From Acanthaster planci (Eukaryota), in the NCBI RefSeq assembly GCF_001949145.1, contig NW_019091358.1, positions 1,550,961-1,614,960 on the forward strand: DNA of 64,000 nt, in the 5' to 3' direction. Below, piece after piece: positions 50,270 to 64,000 of the stretch; positions within the stretch are counted from its first letter, which is position 1; each line of letters opens with the position of its first letter. Both the position numbers and the translations under genes were made by a program. The notes beneath the pieces are model-generated. The model was not told where the DNA came from, did not search any database, and saw only the letters and a program-made list of their open reading frames with translations.

Positions 50270-51241
50270 TTATTTTATTTTCATGGTGCTTCCTTTCATG
50301 GAGTAATACTTTCCTTTCCAACTCTCCCAGTGGATTCCAGCCCGAAAAGGAGCGCGTGCCTGGTGATAGTAACGACCATTGAGACATGCTGTTGTGCAGT
50401 AACCAAACCACCAACTTGCCCCAAACCTCTGTGCACAACTGTAATCGGGGGTATCATTGTCATTATCATAGGTTGAAAATGCACGCCCGTTATGCCATGT
50501 TAGAGAATCTGGCAGAGTGCTCCGAGTATCATATCGACCAATCCTAACTCTGTACAGGTTTCCCTGCAAGCCAAACTCGCCAAACTCGGCCCAAGCTGTG
50601 TTTTTCTCCCAGTCTTCCAACTCAACGCGTAGTTTCCACCATCCTGTGTATTTGGTCAGATTCAGTAAGATGTCGTTGCCGAGCCAGAACTCTCCGGACA
50701 GGTTTCCAAAGCCCGCTCGATAGGTTACCCAGTTACGGTAGAAGTCGACCGAACCATCCTGGCGCCTCTGCATGACGATCCATCCCCCACCATCAGTTTC
50801 CATATCACAGTAGACTAACAGACCATTCCAAAAGCCGTTTGGGTAAATCTTGTATTCACCACTGACATTGAAACCGGAGTTGAGGAGACCCTCGCAACTG
50901 CTGAGATGTCTCACTGAGTGTAAGGGTGTGTCTGGGATCGTGTCGATGTAGACAACTTCATGAATTTCATCGAAAGATTCAGGATTCTGGATTCTGGTTC
51001 CGGTGCCAAGTTCACATCGACGGCTGTCTGTGTGAAAGTTGACTGAAGAGCACTGTGGTAGCATAGCACATTCACGCACGCAGATAACCATAGACCTTGC
51101 AGTTTTTACAACGATAATTTTATTGATCAGTGCGCGATTTTCAGCTGCAAAGTAGCTCAAGCCAAACTTTCCACAATGGTCCACACAACTTACTCCAGCA
51201 ATGTTAAATATTGCCAGAATGAGTAGATTCCCTCTTCCCAT
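50270..51241 (-). CDS. Secreted fibrinogen-related protein (signal peptide + PAN/Apple domain + FBG domain), single coding exon, 323 aa
   Basis: Hydrophobic N-terminus; PAN-like C-x3-C-x5-C-x-S-x-N-F..C-E-L; FBG motifs VYCDMETDGGGWIVMQRRQDGSVDFYRNW, GFGNLSGEFWLGN, FSTYDNDND, WWFGYCTTACLNG, SMKGSTMKI. Confidence 0.93.
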   Translation of the reverse strand: MGRGNLLILAIFNIAGVSCVDHCGKFGLSYFAAENRALINKIIVVKTARSMVICVRECAMLPQCSSVNFHTDSRRCELGTGTRIQNPESFDEIHEVVYIDTIPDTPLHSVRHLSSCEGLLNSGFNVSGEYKIYPNGFWNGLLVYCDMETDGGGWIVMQRRQDGSVDFYRNWVTYRAGFGNLSGEFWLGNDILLNLTKYTGWWKLRVELEDWEKNTAWAEFGEFGLQGNLYRVRIGRYDTRSTLPDSLTWHNGRAFSTYDNDNDTPDYSCAQRFGASWWFGYCTTACLNGRYYHQARAPFRAGIHWESWKGKYYSMKGSTMKIK

Positions 51242-52399
51242 GATGCCAAAATTAGTTCCAGAACTGAAAAGCGAACTGTCAGCTGCACTGTCAACAGGAC
51301 ATTAAAAAATCACGTTAGAAATGTTGAAATCTTGTGGTAATAGAACTAATCTTTGTTTACCCAAAAGGAAACAAGGAAAGACTATTATTCTATAGACCCC
51401 AGTAATATCTCGACACAGTCATTGTTGTCACTCATCCCTACCTTAGTGAAGGGTATTATTAAACTAGACTCAACTCGAGTCAGTTAAATGGTCGATAACT
51501 TTTCAGTGTGGTTCCTGAAAATAGTGTAAGCTAATTCTGCCCAGTCAGGGACCTAATTGTCACGCACATGCATGAGCATGATCATCAAGCAAACTATGCA
51601 TTTACTCCAGACCTTATTAAAATAGAAATCGTTTTCTTTTCGTCTTGAAGCGAGAGATGATACATTTCAAGTTGTTCTTTACGTCGCTTGAAAGGGAGCG
51701 CAGTTATTCGGCTCGGATGACCAAGAACCAGCTGCTAATGTGCAAACTGTCTGGTTGTCATAGCAACTAACTGAGTGAATTTTAAATTTTATTTGATGCC
51801 GCTTCAGTACCCTCCATTGGTGTCTTTAACTATAACATTAAAGGGACAGCATTACAGAATTTCTGTGTTGGTTTTATGCTTGATTAAACACACTGCTCTC
51901 AAGTTGTCTTGCTCCTGCATTTGGAAAGAAGATTTCGGCCTTAATATCCTGGTTTTGGATGTGCATGGACTGTGGTTATTTCCTGTAGTGACAAGCTGTT
52001 AACATCGAAGCTTAACTGAAAACATCAATTCCGAGTTTTACAAATCTGTCATGACGATTACGATGAAGGGGCAGGCCATTCTCCCTAAGTGAAAATGTAA
52101 CCCATACATAACTACCTTTTGAGTGTAAAGGCCTTGGAAGAGAAAACGGAGTAATTTATTTAAGGGACTGTGTCTCTCAGGCCGAAACATAAATGACGGC
52201 TGGTTAACTGTACAAAATGATGTAAAGGCGACCCTACCCTTCTACGAATAAATGAATGCAAATGCCAGTGGTGTGACGGGGCTACTTTTTGGTGCTAACC
52301 ATGCTGTATTTATGCTCAAGATGACTTGACTTTGCCAATTTGCTAAATCAACCTATCAATCAATTTGACTTCAAACTATGTGTACATTCATTACAGACT

Positions 52400-53140
52400 G
52401 CACTCACCTTCGGATTATCTTTATTTTCGAGGGTTTTCAGCTAATTTTTGTGCTGCTTCCTCCGTTGGAGTAGTACTCTCCTTTCCAACTTTCTCAAAGG
52501 ATTCCTGAAAGAAACGTAGCCTGTGCTTGATGATAGTTATGATACTGAGGTGGTGTGCAGTGCCAGAAACCCAACCACCAATACACCTCGGGTCTTTGTG
52601 CACAGTCTAGCAATAACGCGGTCGTCATACATTGAGAACGCCTGCTCAGTATTATGCTACGTCAATGGCAAATCGTAATGTTCCACATGTTGCAGACCGT
52701 CTGTGAAGCCTTTTGGGTAGATCACATATACTCAGCGCTGACTTTGAAACATACGGAAGCCGGATAGTGCCAAGGCATAGCATGCGCACTTTTTTTGAAC
52801 CGGCAGGCCGCCACTTGATGATGGTGTCAAAAGATATGTACACGCGCTGTTCAAAAAAAGTTCGCATGCTATCCCTTCGCACTATCTATCTAGAAATAGC
52901 AGTTGAGGAGACCCACACAATTGCGGAAATTCAAAATATGGCGCACCAATTGTAAGGGCGTGGCTGGGATAGTGTTGATGTACACGTAGACACTTCAGTG
53001 AATTTTAAGGTTACAGTACTCAATATTCTGGTTGCAGTGCTGAGTTCATATCGATGACTTTTCAAGAAAATTGAATGAAAGGCACTGTGGTACTATAGCA
53101 TATTCACGAACGCATGTAATCCTAGACGTTACAGTTTCCA
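52400..53140 (-). pseudogene. Decayed, internally deleted tandem paralogue of the PAN-FBG gene
   Basis: 52400-52645 aligns by eye to the FBG C-terminus (50245-50490). 52980-53140 aligns to the PAN region (50940-51110). Frameshifts are present, and the middle is replaced by unrelated sequence containing an inverted repeat. Confidence 0.75.
52763..52886. repeat. 38-bp-arm inverted repeat (small MITE) inside the FBG pseudogene
   Basis: gatagtgccaaggcatagcatgcgcactttttttgaac versus the reverse complement of gttcaaaaaaagttcgcatgctatcccttcgcactatc (3 mismatches). Confidence 0.75.
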
Positions 53141-53168
53141 CTTTAAAACATGGTCAGTCGTTGCACAT

Positions 53169-53192
53169 TTTGTTTGTTTGTTTGTTTGTTTG
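53169..53192. repeat. (TTTG)n microsatellite
   Basis: Direct reading. Confidence 0.85.
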
Positions 53193-56100
53193 CTTTTTTG
53201 AGTTGCAGTCTTAGAAAATAGATGCCCCGAGTTTACAGAAAAAGAACTGAAGCTTTTGCAGCTCATTCTGTAGCTATATCAATGTTTGTTATATCATGGT
53301 AATAGACCGCATTTTTTTATGTACTAGAATTGATCATGATCATTATATGCCACACAACACACGTACCGAATCGCGAGAACATGAGCGATTCTGGCTATTG
53401 CACGTGAGTGATGCGTCTCACGGGATACATTGCCACAATTGTGACAGAGTTAAATATATTTCACTTCTTTTCCTTGCATTCGAAAAAATTTGTGTCACCA
53501 GGAGCGGGACCAAGAGAGGGTGCAATTTCCCTGGCAACGGAGGCTCATTTCGTGAAACTGCAAATTCGCTGGTTCACGAACGATTATGACATGCGCGCCT
53601 TATACGTTTGCGGGGTTACCAACAAAATGAACACAACCTGCCAGCGTGGCTCTTTTTTTTCAACTGATAAGGAGTGCTTCTGCTCAAGTCGGATATGGCG
53701 GGGTCTATGGATTTTGTACATCTGAGAGGCAAAGCACCCTTGGCTTCGCCTTGGGTACTGTACCCCTCAAACTGATGGATGTACAAAAACCAGAACCCCG
53801 TCACAAAAGGCAGCGATTAGTCATTTCGGTATTCTCTTTATTTCGGCCTCAGTCAATACACGTGCACCTGGTTTGTGCGTTTTGAAATCACCAACGAGGA
53901 ATGATTTTCAAGTTCTGATTTTGTCTGGTGTCCGCCCGTTTTGATATAGGCCTACTACCTTGCGTCAGCAGAGTGCAGCACCTGTCAACTACAAGATTCT
54001 TTGAATTGTTAAAAGACGCTCCTGCAAGTTGATATGCCTACTTCGTATTAAAGTCAGTGATAAGCATCAGGCTATTCGTATAAGCGTCTAAGGTATTCCT
54101 CTCAGCTCCTTTAGATGGTCAGCAAATGACCTTGGGGACCATTTCCGGATTTTCAGCTGTGTTATATCACGTATATTACTAATTGCTGAGGAAATGTGTT
54201 TTGATAAAGAATTATGATGCGACACATTGAGCACTTTATCTTTATTATTTTTAAAATCATCCACATGGTTGTCCAAACGTGCGTTATAACTATGGAATCT
54301 TTCCTTGCCAGTTCCCTCCCTGAATTGTAGTTCAATCAACGCCTGGTTTGGCCAGTAACGCATCAACGACTGTTTCCTGTACAGTAGCAGTGTACACGTA
54401 CATGAGTTGCAACCGTACATTCACTACTAGTTGTTTGAAAAGTGCTCTGCATGCACATATTGTACAAGGAGTGTTTTTCTTCCGTTCATTGTTCTATTAT
54501 TAAACAATTTAACCTTAACTTCGATGGATAGGGCATAACAAATTTTTCCTCAAATTATTTCTAATATAAAAGATCGTTGGTGTTGTTTTTTCTTGCTCAG
54601 CCTTCATATAGATTTCTGTTGATATCTTGGCATTAGTTTGACACAGATTATTGATATACTTTTGTCCTGAAAGATTGACTCTTGAGGCAAGGTGGCTTTG
54701 TTTTGTTAGGTTAATTGAAATGATATCGAAATAACAGGTATTTGTGAATACTTTGTGACACTGTGTAAACTGCTCTGACTAGCAACAGTGTATTTAAAAC
54801 TAAACTGTACTTCATGCATGATGCTTGTTATGATAGAAAGTGTCTGCTTACCTTTTGATAAGAGATCAACTTTGATAAATCAAAATTTGTACATCGATAC
54901 GTATGGTCGTCACAGAAAGACGATTTGGCGTGTTAAGTCAAAGATACAAATGTTGATCTGCCTAAAAAAGTTTACATCAATGAACTGAATATCTGTATTG
55001 ATGTATTGCCGAAAGAAAATTGTCACTAACTTTAGGAGTCTGAAGTCAACCGTTCTACTTTCCTAAATTTCTGACGTTCTATTTTCAAAAATATCTGACC
55101 TGTAGGTTTTGACAAATTACTACACGACATAAGAAAAAAATTAAAACATACTCGGTTTCTGATAGCGAAAAACAGGCAGATTATTGCACTATTTTTTTAG
55201 TCCGTTACACTTACACTGGACAGAAACTCGATGAACCGTACTATCACTATGGACAAAATCCAAACGATGTCTTATAAAATGCAACACGGGTAATCGCCGT
55301 CGACTCACGCAAAGTGTCCTTTCAAGGCTTCAAGTAATACAGTTTGTTAGCTGTTTCTTTGTTAAAATGCAAAACTGGACTTAGCTGCTCCGACTTGGCC
55401 TTAATCCTTCATCATTGCGAGATAACCTCTCCAAATTCTGTGACCTCTAACGGCTATTAGAGCATAATCTGTCTTAATGAATCCGATTTGTGCGAAAGCA
55501 AGCATAGGAAAAACTCGCTATACTCATATCTCTCGCGGTAGGAATAACAAGAGGTGTCTTAAAACACCTGTGCACAAAGCAAAATGAGTTTTTACGACAG
55601 CTTACATCATCTGTCCCACTACACCAATGGTTTGGAGTTATTGCAAGGGGACAAAATTGCAAGCACAGGCTAAGATGAAATGCAAAACAGTAGATTTGAC
55701 TTGCCAATCCAATATGCCAATCGACGACCAGAGTACTGACCCGTCTGGAACGCGATGATACATACAACTTGTGAAACACCCAATCTACAAACAATCTAGG
55801 GGTGAGTCTACAGGACCATATTTTTGGCGAGGGGGAAATGTGCGTGGGGGGGACAAAATTGGGGATTTTTTAGGGTAGAGTCCCACCTGGGTAGAGTATG
55901 CATGCCCCTCTCTTATCCACAGTTGTGGGTGCACCCCAGTGATAAATCCCAAAACTTCAAATTCTTTTAAAATACAACTCTACCAGGTGGTCAGGCAGCA
56001 TGTAAAACAATGATGAACATATCGTTCAATTTCCTTTTAACATTTTGAAAATAGCATTCAAAGCAGACCACCCCAATAAAGAAAGATACTTCCCAAACTG

Positions 56101-59100
56101 GGAAAAGTAACCATTTCGAAAAAGCACAAAAACGTAGTGCCACTTTGGCACCCGATTGCATCCAAACTGCTCAGAAATGGAAGCCCAATTCCAGGCCAGA
56201 GGTTCAGTACCATATTTCTTCTATACCCCAAATCCATGGCTCTCAGATCTCTTTAATACAGAATAATTTGAGTGCATAACTTTTATTGATTAATTAACCC
56301 TTCAACGCTGGACGAATTTTTGGCCTACTCACGTGGGTGCACCCTTGTATGCGTAAACCTGATTTCACCCCAGGAACTATACGTATGAAGCGAGACATGA
56401 GACGGAGAGAACTCCCCTGTTTTGTGTTGGTCATTGTCTCACTGGAACCTGAGGAATTCTTTTCAGACATCTAGGGGGATATGTTAGGTAACAATAGTCT
56501 AGAGTGTGTGTAGCGATTGGACATGTTGGGGGGTACCCCTCGGTGTAATTTCTTGCTGGATATACCAGGATCAGGAAACCTCAGGAGTGTTGTTCTATGC
56601 CGACCCAAGTCCCCCTCCCACGTTAATTCTGAGAAGTGGTCGACAACAATGCATGCACAGGCAAAGATTACTTTGTGACTGGGGTACGCAGATAGGTCTG
56701 TACTCTGTACTGATAATCCGTACTGACAGGTGCTAATAAGTCCCATCTTCAATCAGACAGAACAGTATCGAACGGTTTCACTTCGGTTTTTTTTTCGGTT
56801 TTGTTTTTGGTCTTTTTTTTCTTCTTTTTAGGGTTCTAATGAAAGAAATGTGCTCAAAACCCCAAGGGCTTCACAATGTAATTCTCTACTCCTTGGCAAG
56901 CGGCCTATTTCGCGGTGCTAACTGCGTTCTAATTTGGGAATCCTCTACCTGAGCCCCGGGCTTTTTGTGAAGGGAAAGAATGTAGCCACCTCTCCCTTCA
57001 ATGCAGCCCAACATTCCTTCAGCATCCTGCCCCGTTCTCAAGTATTTTCTGTTGTTCTTTTCATCACAATAGAGACACTTCACTCAGGCATTTAGCATAC
57101 TTTGGTAAGGAAAAAAAGACAGTTGCTGGATTGCTGGTTGTGGGGAGATACTCTCTTGTCAGTCCAGTCAAAATGGATTTATCCAATCAATTAACAACTG
57201 CTTTGCGATTGATCTCAGGATGGAAGACGAAGGTGATGGGATCTGTGTTTTGCAAGTTCCCCCAAGGTGAATCTGTCAGAATCATCAGTCCTCCGTCTGG
57301 TTGACTTTTCTTCCCGGGAAAGATCCATAGCAAGGCAGGGTTGCCGTTCGCACTATTCAGTTACAGAGATTACCGACTATTAGATTACCTACTTGAAGGA
57401 GGTTTTAAAGTCGCTTCGGCCTCCTCAACCAGGAAGGCAGATAATACAAAGAAAGATTATTTGGCAGGTTCGTTGAGTATAACTTTCTCATTACGTAAGA
57501 GTGTGTTAAGCATTTATAATTGCGCCTACGTACCGTACCTCCGGGAGGGATCGCGTGCCTGTCTGCGAGGACAACAAACACAACTAGGACGAGGCACATG
57601 TGGACGTGTGAGATATGAGCAGAAAACAGTTTCTTTGAAAGGAATCCCTTATGATATACGAATCTCCATGATGACTCCTGTTTGAAATGTTTCAATTTGC
57701 GGCATTGGGTTGCACGGAATGAGTCGGTAAGTAACTTGGCTTTAACTGTTTACGCTAGTTTTCGAACCTTAGTACCCTGAGAGTGTGAAATGCATTTGAA
57801 TTCATATGTATTTCCCAGAAGGCTTTGCAAATGAAAATACTAAGCTGGTTCACAACAGTTTTTCGAATAAAATCAGCAAGACCTGCAGTAAAGTATGATC
57901 GATCCTTTCCCAGCGAAAGAATCGTGCTTTTACAGTCTTGCTTGTATCTTCCTGTTTACATTACTTCCCGGGAAAATTGGTCGAAGGAAACGCTGTACTT
58001 GCGAATAACTTTAAATATTTATAGGCCTATTTGTCTCATCCGCTTGGCAATTTGGAACCCATTGTTATCAGTCATTGTTCATCTTGGAAATGATCAACAA
58101 TGCAGTCATGTAAATAAATTTCCAACATTATAGTTCAAGGGCATATTTCCGATAATTTATTTACTAAACGCATTTGGGAGAAATTCTCCCAGACGACGCG
58201 GCGAGACATTGCGTTTGCAGGTGGCTTTGTAACAGTCGACTGATGTTGAAGGTTAAATAAAATGTACAGGTAGTCTGTGACTGATTACAGGGTTTGGGTT
58301 GTCGCTTATGATTCAGAGGCAAATAGGAGACATTTTAGTGGTGTGACAGCAATGAAAGAGCATTACAAATCTATGCAAACGCAATAGGTACAAACCCGTC
58401 TGTTCATATCCTAAATACAACTAAAGGGCGTGTCAAGATGGGGAGGAGCGGGGAAGTTGTTTCCCCTCGGAGGTATATTGCTATTTTTAGAAAGCAAAAG
58501 CGGCAGCACTAAAGAAACGGCATCACCACCCTCCTGTAAGGATTATTTTACGAAGGAAAATTGGACGATCATTTTAGGTAAAACATTCCCATATTGCACT
58601 CCACCCAAAACCTTGATGTGCCATTGCCTCAGCAGTAGATTATTAAGCTTCACAGCGACTATTACACTACAAACTGTACACATGCGTTGTGCAAAAATGA
58701 CTGAGGCAATAACGTCATCATTTGTGACGTCACCTCCTCTACCCCCTTTTCTTTTGGCCAGTGGTGTGTCGTTGTAAAGCTCGAATGGAGTGATCCCAAT
58801 TCGACGCTTTTAGCGTCGATCTGCGCACTTCCATGTTTGAAAACGAGGCTGTATGTGTTGGCTTCAATTCTTAATACGATCAGACGGTTGAAAGTAAGGA
58901 CCCAAGACACAAAATGCATAAAGGTATATTNGACCGCGAACTAACGTACCTACGATGGTCGTGTATCTTGTGCAGTGGGCGTGGTTTAAACTGAAGTGGC
59001 GTCATACTTACGAACTGGGATACTCCACGTACTGTGTCGACTTCGAGGGCGCGCACGAGGAAGTTCAACACAGAAAGCCGCGGCGAAGATGAAGATGTGC

Positions 59101-62100
59101 TCAAACGGCACTAATGTGAAATTCCTTAGCTATCTGTCTGGCACAGCCTACTTCACTCGACACACTTCTGGAAAGTTTATAAAGTGAGGTTTCCGTGTCC
59201 TTAAATTACAAAAAAGAAAACTGTTATACCGTGTCAACTCTGTAAAAGGGGAGGGGCACGAACCATTAGTCGATTTGGATATTACCGCTAATGAGTCATT
59301 AGGGCGACATTCCCATAAGAACGTGCATAATTCAATATTCCCTAGTCTGAACTGAACCAAACTTTGTATGTTTTCAATTTAGACGCTAATCTATCATCTC
59401 TCAAAATTTCCAGTGAGACAAAATTCGGCCTCCCTCTGGTAGTTTGAAAATAGGGAGACACTGAAATGTCTCCCTACAAGCCGATGTATCCTTAATGCTG
59501 AAAATTTACCACAAAATGTCTCCCAAAAGACCTATTTGTAAATATAAGTGTTACTCTTTCCACGTACATTGCTTTTCCGCAATGTAGATATGAAGTCGTA
59601 TAACGACTGCACTCTCTCAAGGTTCTTCGTCGGATTTTCGGACTGGAAAGAAAATCGCCCATCGCTCGGTGGCGCTATTTATTGGCCTGTCCGTTAGAAG
59701 GATGTAGGCGCACACGGTGCACTCTTTTGAGGGCCTTGGGCTGGGCGTTCGCGGTAAGAAAAAATTGCATGGCAGTGCTTGCTTGTATACTTCGTAATGT
59801 GCCGTGCACATACCACGTTGACATAGAGTGCTAACACAAAACTGCCAGTTCAGAGGATCCATTCGTCACCATCAGTCACGTCCAGGGTAGAGTTCCCTTT
59901 AGGCTAATTATTCACTGCCGTGAAGTTGAATGGGCCTAGTTTCAAGAAGATCAACAACAGTTCGGCACCATTTCCCTTGTGATTTTTTACTGTTTACAGT
60001 GGCACGAAGGAGTTTTTTGCACACTTTGCCGAACGGTTTCGATTAGTCCCGTGGCTTGTTGGTTATGATATCTAGTCAATGCCATAAAGAACACTGCTCG
60101 ATTTAAAAACCATTAGCGCACCTTTTCCCTGCTACGATTGTAATTGGTGCATGGAAACTACTCGTGTAGTGCACGGTTCACCTTTTGTTCGGTGGTTCAC
60201 CCGGTATCCTGCAGTTACCATTTCACTCTTTCATCAATAGGTTATTGTCGCGAATGGAAAGGGAAAAGAAAAAAGCTTCTGATATTCGATAGTGTTTCAC
60301 CGTCAGGGTATGTCTGGAAAACGATTTGTGCATTTGCTGTCGGCATGACCACTGTTGCATTACTGAGTTATCGCGGGGGCGCCGCGTGCGCTCTAAAACT
60401 TCGGAACGTAACTTAGTGATGGGTGTCTGACCATAGTATGACATACATGTGGTCTATTCCTGTGTGCGAACGGAGTACTGCCTCAAATGATGTGATTGTT
60501 GGGGAAAGAAATTCAGAGAATTTGCTCCTTTGAAACAGCATCGATTTCTGTGCCTCGGGATTTAATGAGGCATGATGATGAAGTAGGCTAACTCCAAGTC
60601 TCGTCAATATACGCAGATTGAGAGGAGACAGAAAATGGACGTGCCTGTTGTAATATGGTTGTTTACTTGACGGTAGAGACTTCAAGGTTGCGTATCTTCA
60701 GGCAAGTCTGTGTTCAAGTTCTTAAGGACTACCATTTGGAATGAACTCAAGATTCTGACTGAGGCTTCAATGATACGGACTGCATCGCAATTATCCTCCT
60801 TCGACGTTAAACTTAACCTGGAAAATGTTGGATGGCCTATAACCGCCCCAGGAAAATACTGTTCATGGCTGACATTTCTCATAGCCCTGTAACTAAGTGG
60901 CACCTTTGGTTTTTGTTGTAGGAACTAAATTTTCCACATGCAGAGAAGAACAAGAGAAATATGTTGATCCTCAAGATTCTGGAAACTCTATGAGAATCAG
61001 GTAAGAAATTTTTCTACGTAAATTATTCCCGTTCGAGATTTTACTTTAGAGGCGCAGTACGTATTGATTACCTTGGGATTATGATTTGGATAGGACAGCG
61101 AAAAGATAAATTTCAGGGAGGGGACGTTTAAGGGGAAGTTTAAACGGGTGCTCTCGTAGTCGCATTGCCGAACTCTCTACCTTCTTATACTGTATTGTTC
61201 GTAAATGCACACCCAGGCAAAGCAATTAAATAACTATCACGTGCTGAAAGACTAATGGCACTTCACTCACGCGTCTGTAAGTTTAACGGGTGCGTGCATT
61301 GGGCATTCACAGCACTATATTGGTCAAAAAGCATTTAACGCGCGCGTACCACCTTGTCCACTCGCGTTTTGGCACTGCAGTTATGGCTTTTAATTCTGGT
61401 GTCCGAATCACCCTATATAAACACAGTGATTGATGGTCAACTATATTTAGTGATTTCTTTCTCACATTTTTCGAATTCCATACCCACACAACAAACAAAC
61501 TTCGCTGGCCCCAGTTCATGCGAGTTCAGGCCAGATCCGTCCACTTCCTCCGCCGTGGACATCGTCGCTCACAATTTTTCTCTGAGCTTTCATTACCAAA
61601 CTTTTCCAAATGTTTATCAAGCAAAGCGGTCATCAAAATAATTTTGGAAGTTCCTATCCCATATCTTGTAAATCAATCATACTAAACTTGACCTCACAAC
61701 TCCGGCTGGACAGTCTCTTTTTTATCTGCTCGGACTTCATCATTTTTTTCGTGCAGCGCTTTAACTGTGAAATGTTTACGCTTGAATGTACCAATTATTC
61801 AGATGGGGAACTCTAGAGCATTTTCTAAATTGCCCATTATGTACACCTTGAAGAAAATAATACTCGAAGTTTAACTCTTAGTGGAAACAACTCCGTTGTT
61901 CCTTGACATCTCCTCGGACATCCAAGGGCAGCTGCAAGTTGGTAACGCGTAATTCATATCTTTAAATTTGATTTGTATACACAGACTTTGGTGTACTGAA
62001 TATTCTGTAAAAGAGTTAAGCATACACATATTCTGGACTTGCCCATAAACCAATTGTAGGCTCTGTCTTGCACGTCCGTGCTGGATCTTGAACCATTTCA

Positions 62101-62883
62101 TAGTGATGATGCCGGCCGATGTTGCTACTCCACCACGATTAACCAGGGCAGGAGGCCCATAATTATGTCCGCGCAAAGTTCCGATACGTACGAAATTTGC
62201 TATCAGAATATCTCGTATAGCTCAGTTGCCCCAGCTTCACATGGTCTCGTCCACTTTTTTGATTGACGCACATACCCTATTTGTTTATTTGGTTTGTAGG
62301 TAAAACCGCTTCCCCAGGAATGCGCACGTGCCTCTTCTGGGGACTCACGCCTTTGAGCTGAACTTGATCACCTTTGTCATGTCTTGCATAAAACTTTCAG
62401 TGCTGCGTAAAGTCACTGTGCGTATTTTCTGGTTTTACCCTGCAAGTGAGTGTGACCCAAGGTAAACATTGTCGTTAGAAGGTGCTGACCGTCACTTAAA
62501 TGTGAGAAATTTCCAAGTAAGGAATAGAATGCATGCAGATGAAGATAATGCTGTAAAGATCAAGGAAGAATCTACAGCAAAAAAGAAATATGTTATCAAT
62601 TAAGTGCGTGGCATACAACTGATGTACATCCACATCAACACTTTATTTATGGATATCACTGCATAATTTTCGAATTACAAGAGTCAATTCTTAAGCTAAC
62701 AACCACAAGTAATATCTGATCCAGTAACATTGCAAACATGCCCCCCTCTTACTCTGGAACCCGTCAGATTAGTGAAATAGGAATTCAAATCCCTCACGTG
62801 CGATTGAGTCTAGGCCTATATCTGGTACACTAGGCCTGAACCGGCACAGGGAGTCGTCCACTCAGCTGTCAGTGTCACAATGT

Positions 62884-63623
62884 NNNNNNNNNNNNNNNNN
62901 NNNNNNNNNNNNNNNNNNNNNNNNNNNNNNNNNNNNNNNNNNNNNNNNNNNNNNNNNNNNNNNNNNNNNNNNNNNNNNNNNNNNNNNNNNNNNNNNNNNN
63001 NNNNNNNNNNNNNNNNNNNNNNNNNNNNNNNNNNNNNNNNNNNNNNNNNNNNNNNNNNNNNNNNNNNNNNNNNNNNNNNNNNNNNNNNNNNNNNNNNNNN
63101 NNNNNNNNNNNNNNNNNNNNNNNNNNNNNNNNNNNNNNNNNNNNNNNNNNNNNNNNNNNNNNNNNNNNNNNNNNNNNNNNNNNNNNNNNNNNNNNNNNNN
63201 NNNNNNNNNNNNNNNNNNNNNNNNNNNNNNNNNNNNNNNNNNNNNNNNNNNNNNNNNNNNNNNNNNNNNNNNNNNNNNNNNNNNNNNNNNNNNNNNNNNN
63301 NNNNNNNNNNNNNNNNNNNNNNNNNNNNNNNNNNNNNNNNNNNNNNNNNNNNNNNNNNNNNNNNNNNNNNNNNNNNNNNNNNNNNNNNNNNNNNNNNNNN
63401 NNNNNNNNNNNNNNNNNNNNNNNNNNNNNNNNNNNNNNNNNNNNNNNNNNNNNNNNNNNNNNNNNNNNNNNNNNNNNNNNNNNNNNNNNNNNNNNNNNNN
63501 NNNNNNNNNNNNNNNNNNNNNNNNNNNNNNNNNNNNNNNNNNNNNNNNNNNNNNNNNNNNNNNNNNNNNNNNNNNNNNNNNNNNNNNNNNNNNNNNNNNN
63601 NNNNNNNNNNNNNNNNNNNNNNN
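62884..63623. other. Assembly gap (N run)
   Basis: Ns in sequence. Confidence 1.
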
Positions 63624-64000
63624 CCGTGACAGTAATGTTTCCCTGTCTTATATGTCCTATGGATTGTCATCAGTCCAAGGAAAAATCAAGGATGTGCAGT
63701 CATTTCATATCTGTTTTCTTCAAATTCGTACATGCAAGCTTAACCTGAATTGAAATGAAGAGAGGAGTTGAATTTGTTTCTGACTTTCGTGCCCGGTATT
63801 TGCCACATACGACTTCAACTAGCGAGCGAGTGTGGATGTATGGGGAAAAGTGTATTCGCTTTTGCTCTGTGGTCGACCGTGTCCCCCCCTCCCTGAGCTA
63901 TAAAAGTTACCGTAGGACGTCTCATCGCCATGGGCGTTGCTTCCCTCTGTGGTTTTCGCTCGAGGTCACAGCTGTCAGCTGTCTTCAGTGACTCCATTCC

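Noticed and set aside
62816..63753. Long ORFs of 249-293 aa in the track (and 7271-7552)
   Set aside because: Artefacts of N runs.

Overview
Intron-rich animal genomic DNA. The repeat content and gene types suggest a marine deuterostome, most likely an echinoderm (inference). 0.9-8.4 kb (+): the last five coding exons of an EDC3 orthologue (end of LSm, FDF, YjeF_N). 14.0-36.3 kb (+): a ~24-exon gene that I assembled by hand from splice sites with consistent phases (one junction is ambiguous). It encodes a ~1,090-aa protein with an unusual architecture: RING-less B-box, coiled coil, extended Tudor, long acidic linker, second extended Tudor, C-terminal CCHC zinc knuckle. It is a candidate piRNA/germ-granule factor and the most interesting item here. 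50.3-51.2 kb (-): a single-coding-exon secreted PAN/Apple + fibrinogen-domain protein, with a decayed tandem paralogue at 52.4-53.1 kb. Mobile DNA: three copies of a tRNA-Thr-like retroelement (two with clear target-site duplications, one with terminal redundancy); a decayed CR1/L2-type LINE with a 2A-like DIEINPGP motif and PHD finger; AcademH-like elements (TAG..CTA ends, 9-bp TSD, RecQ fragment); piggyBac-, hAT- and Tigger-like MITEs; and RTE and Penelope fragments. Two assembly gaps. Most short ORFs in the supplied track are not genes.
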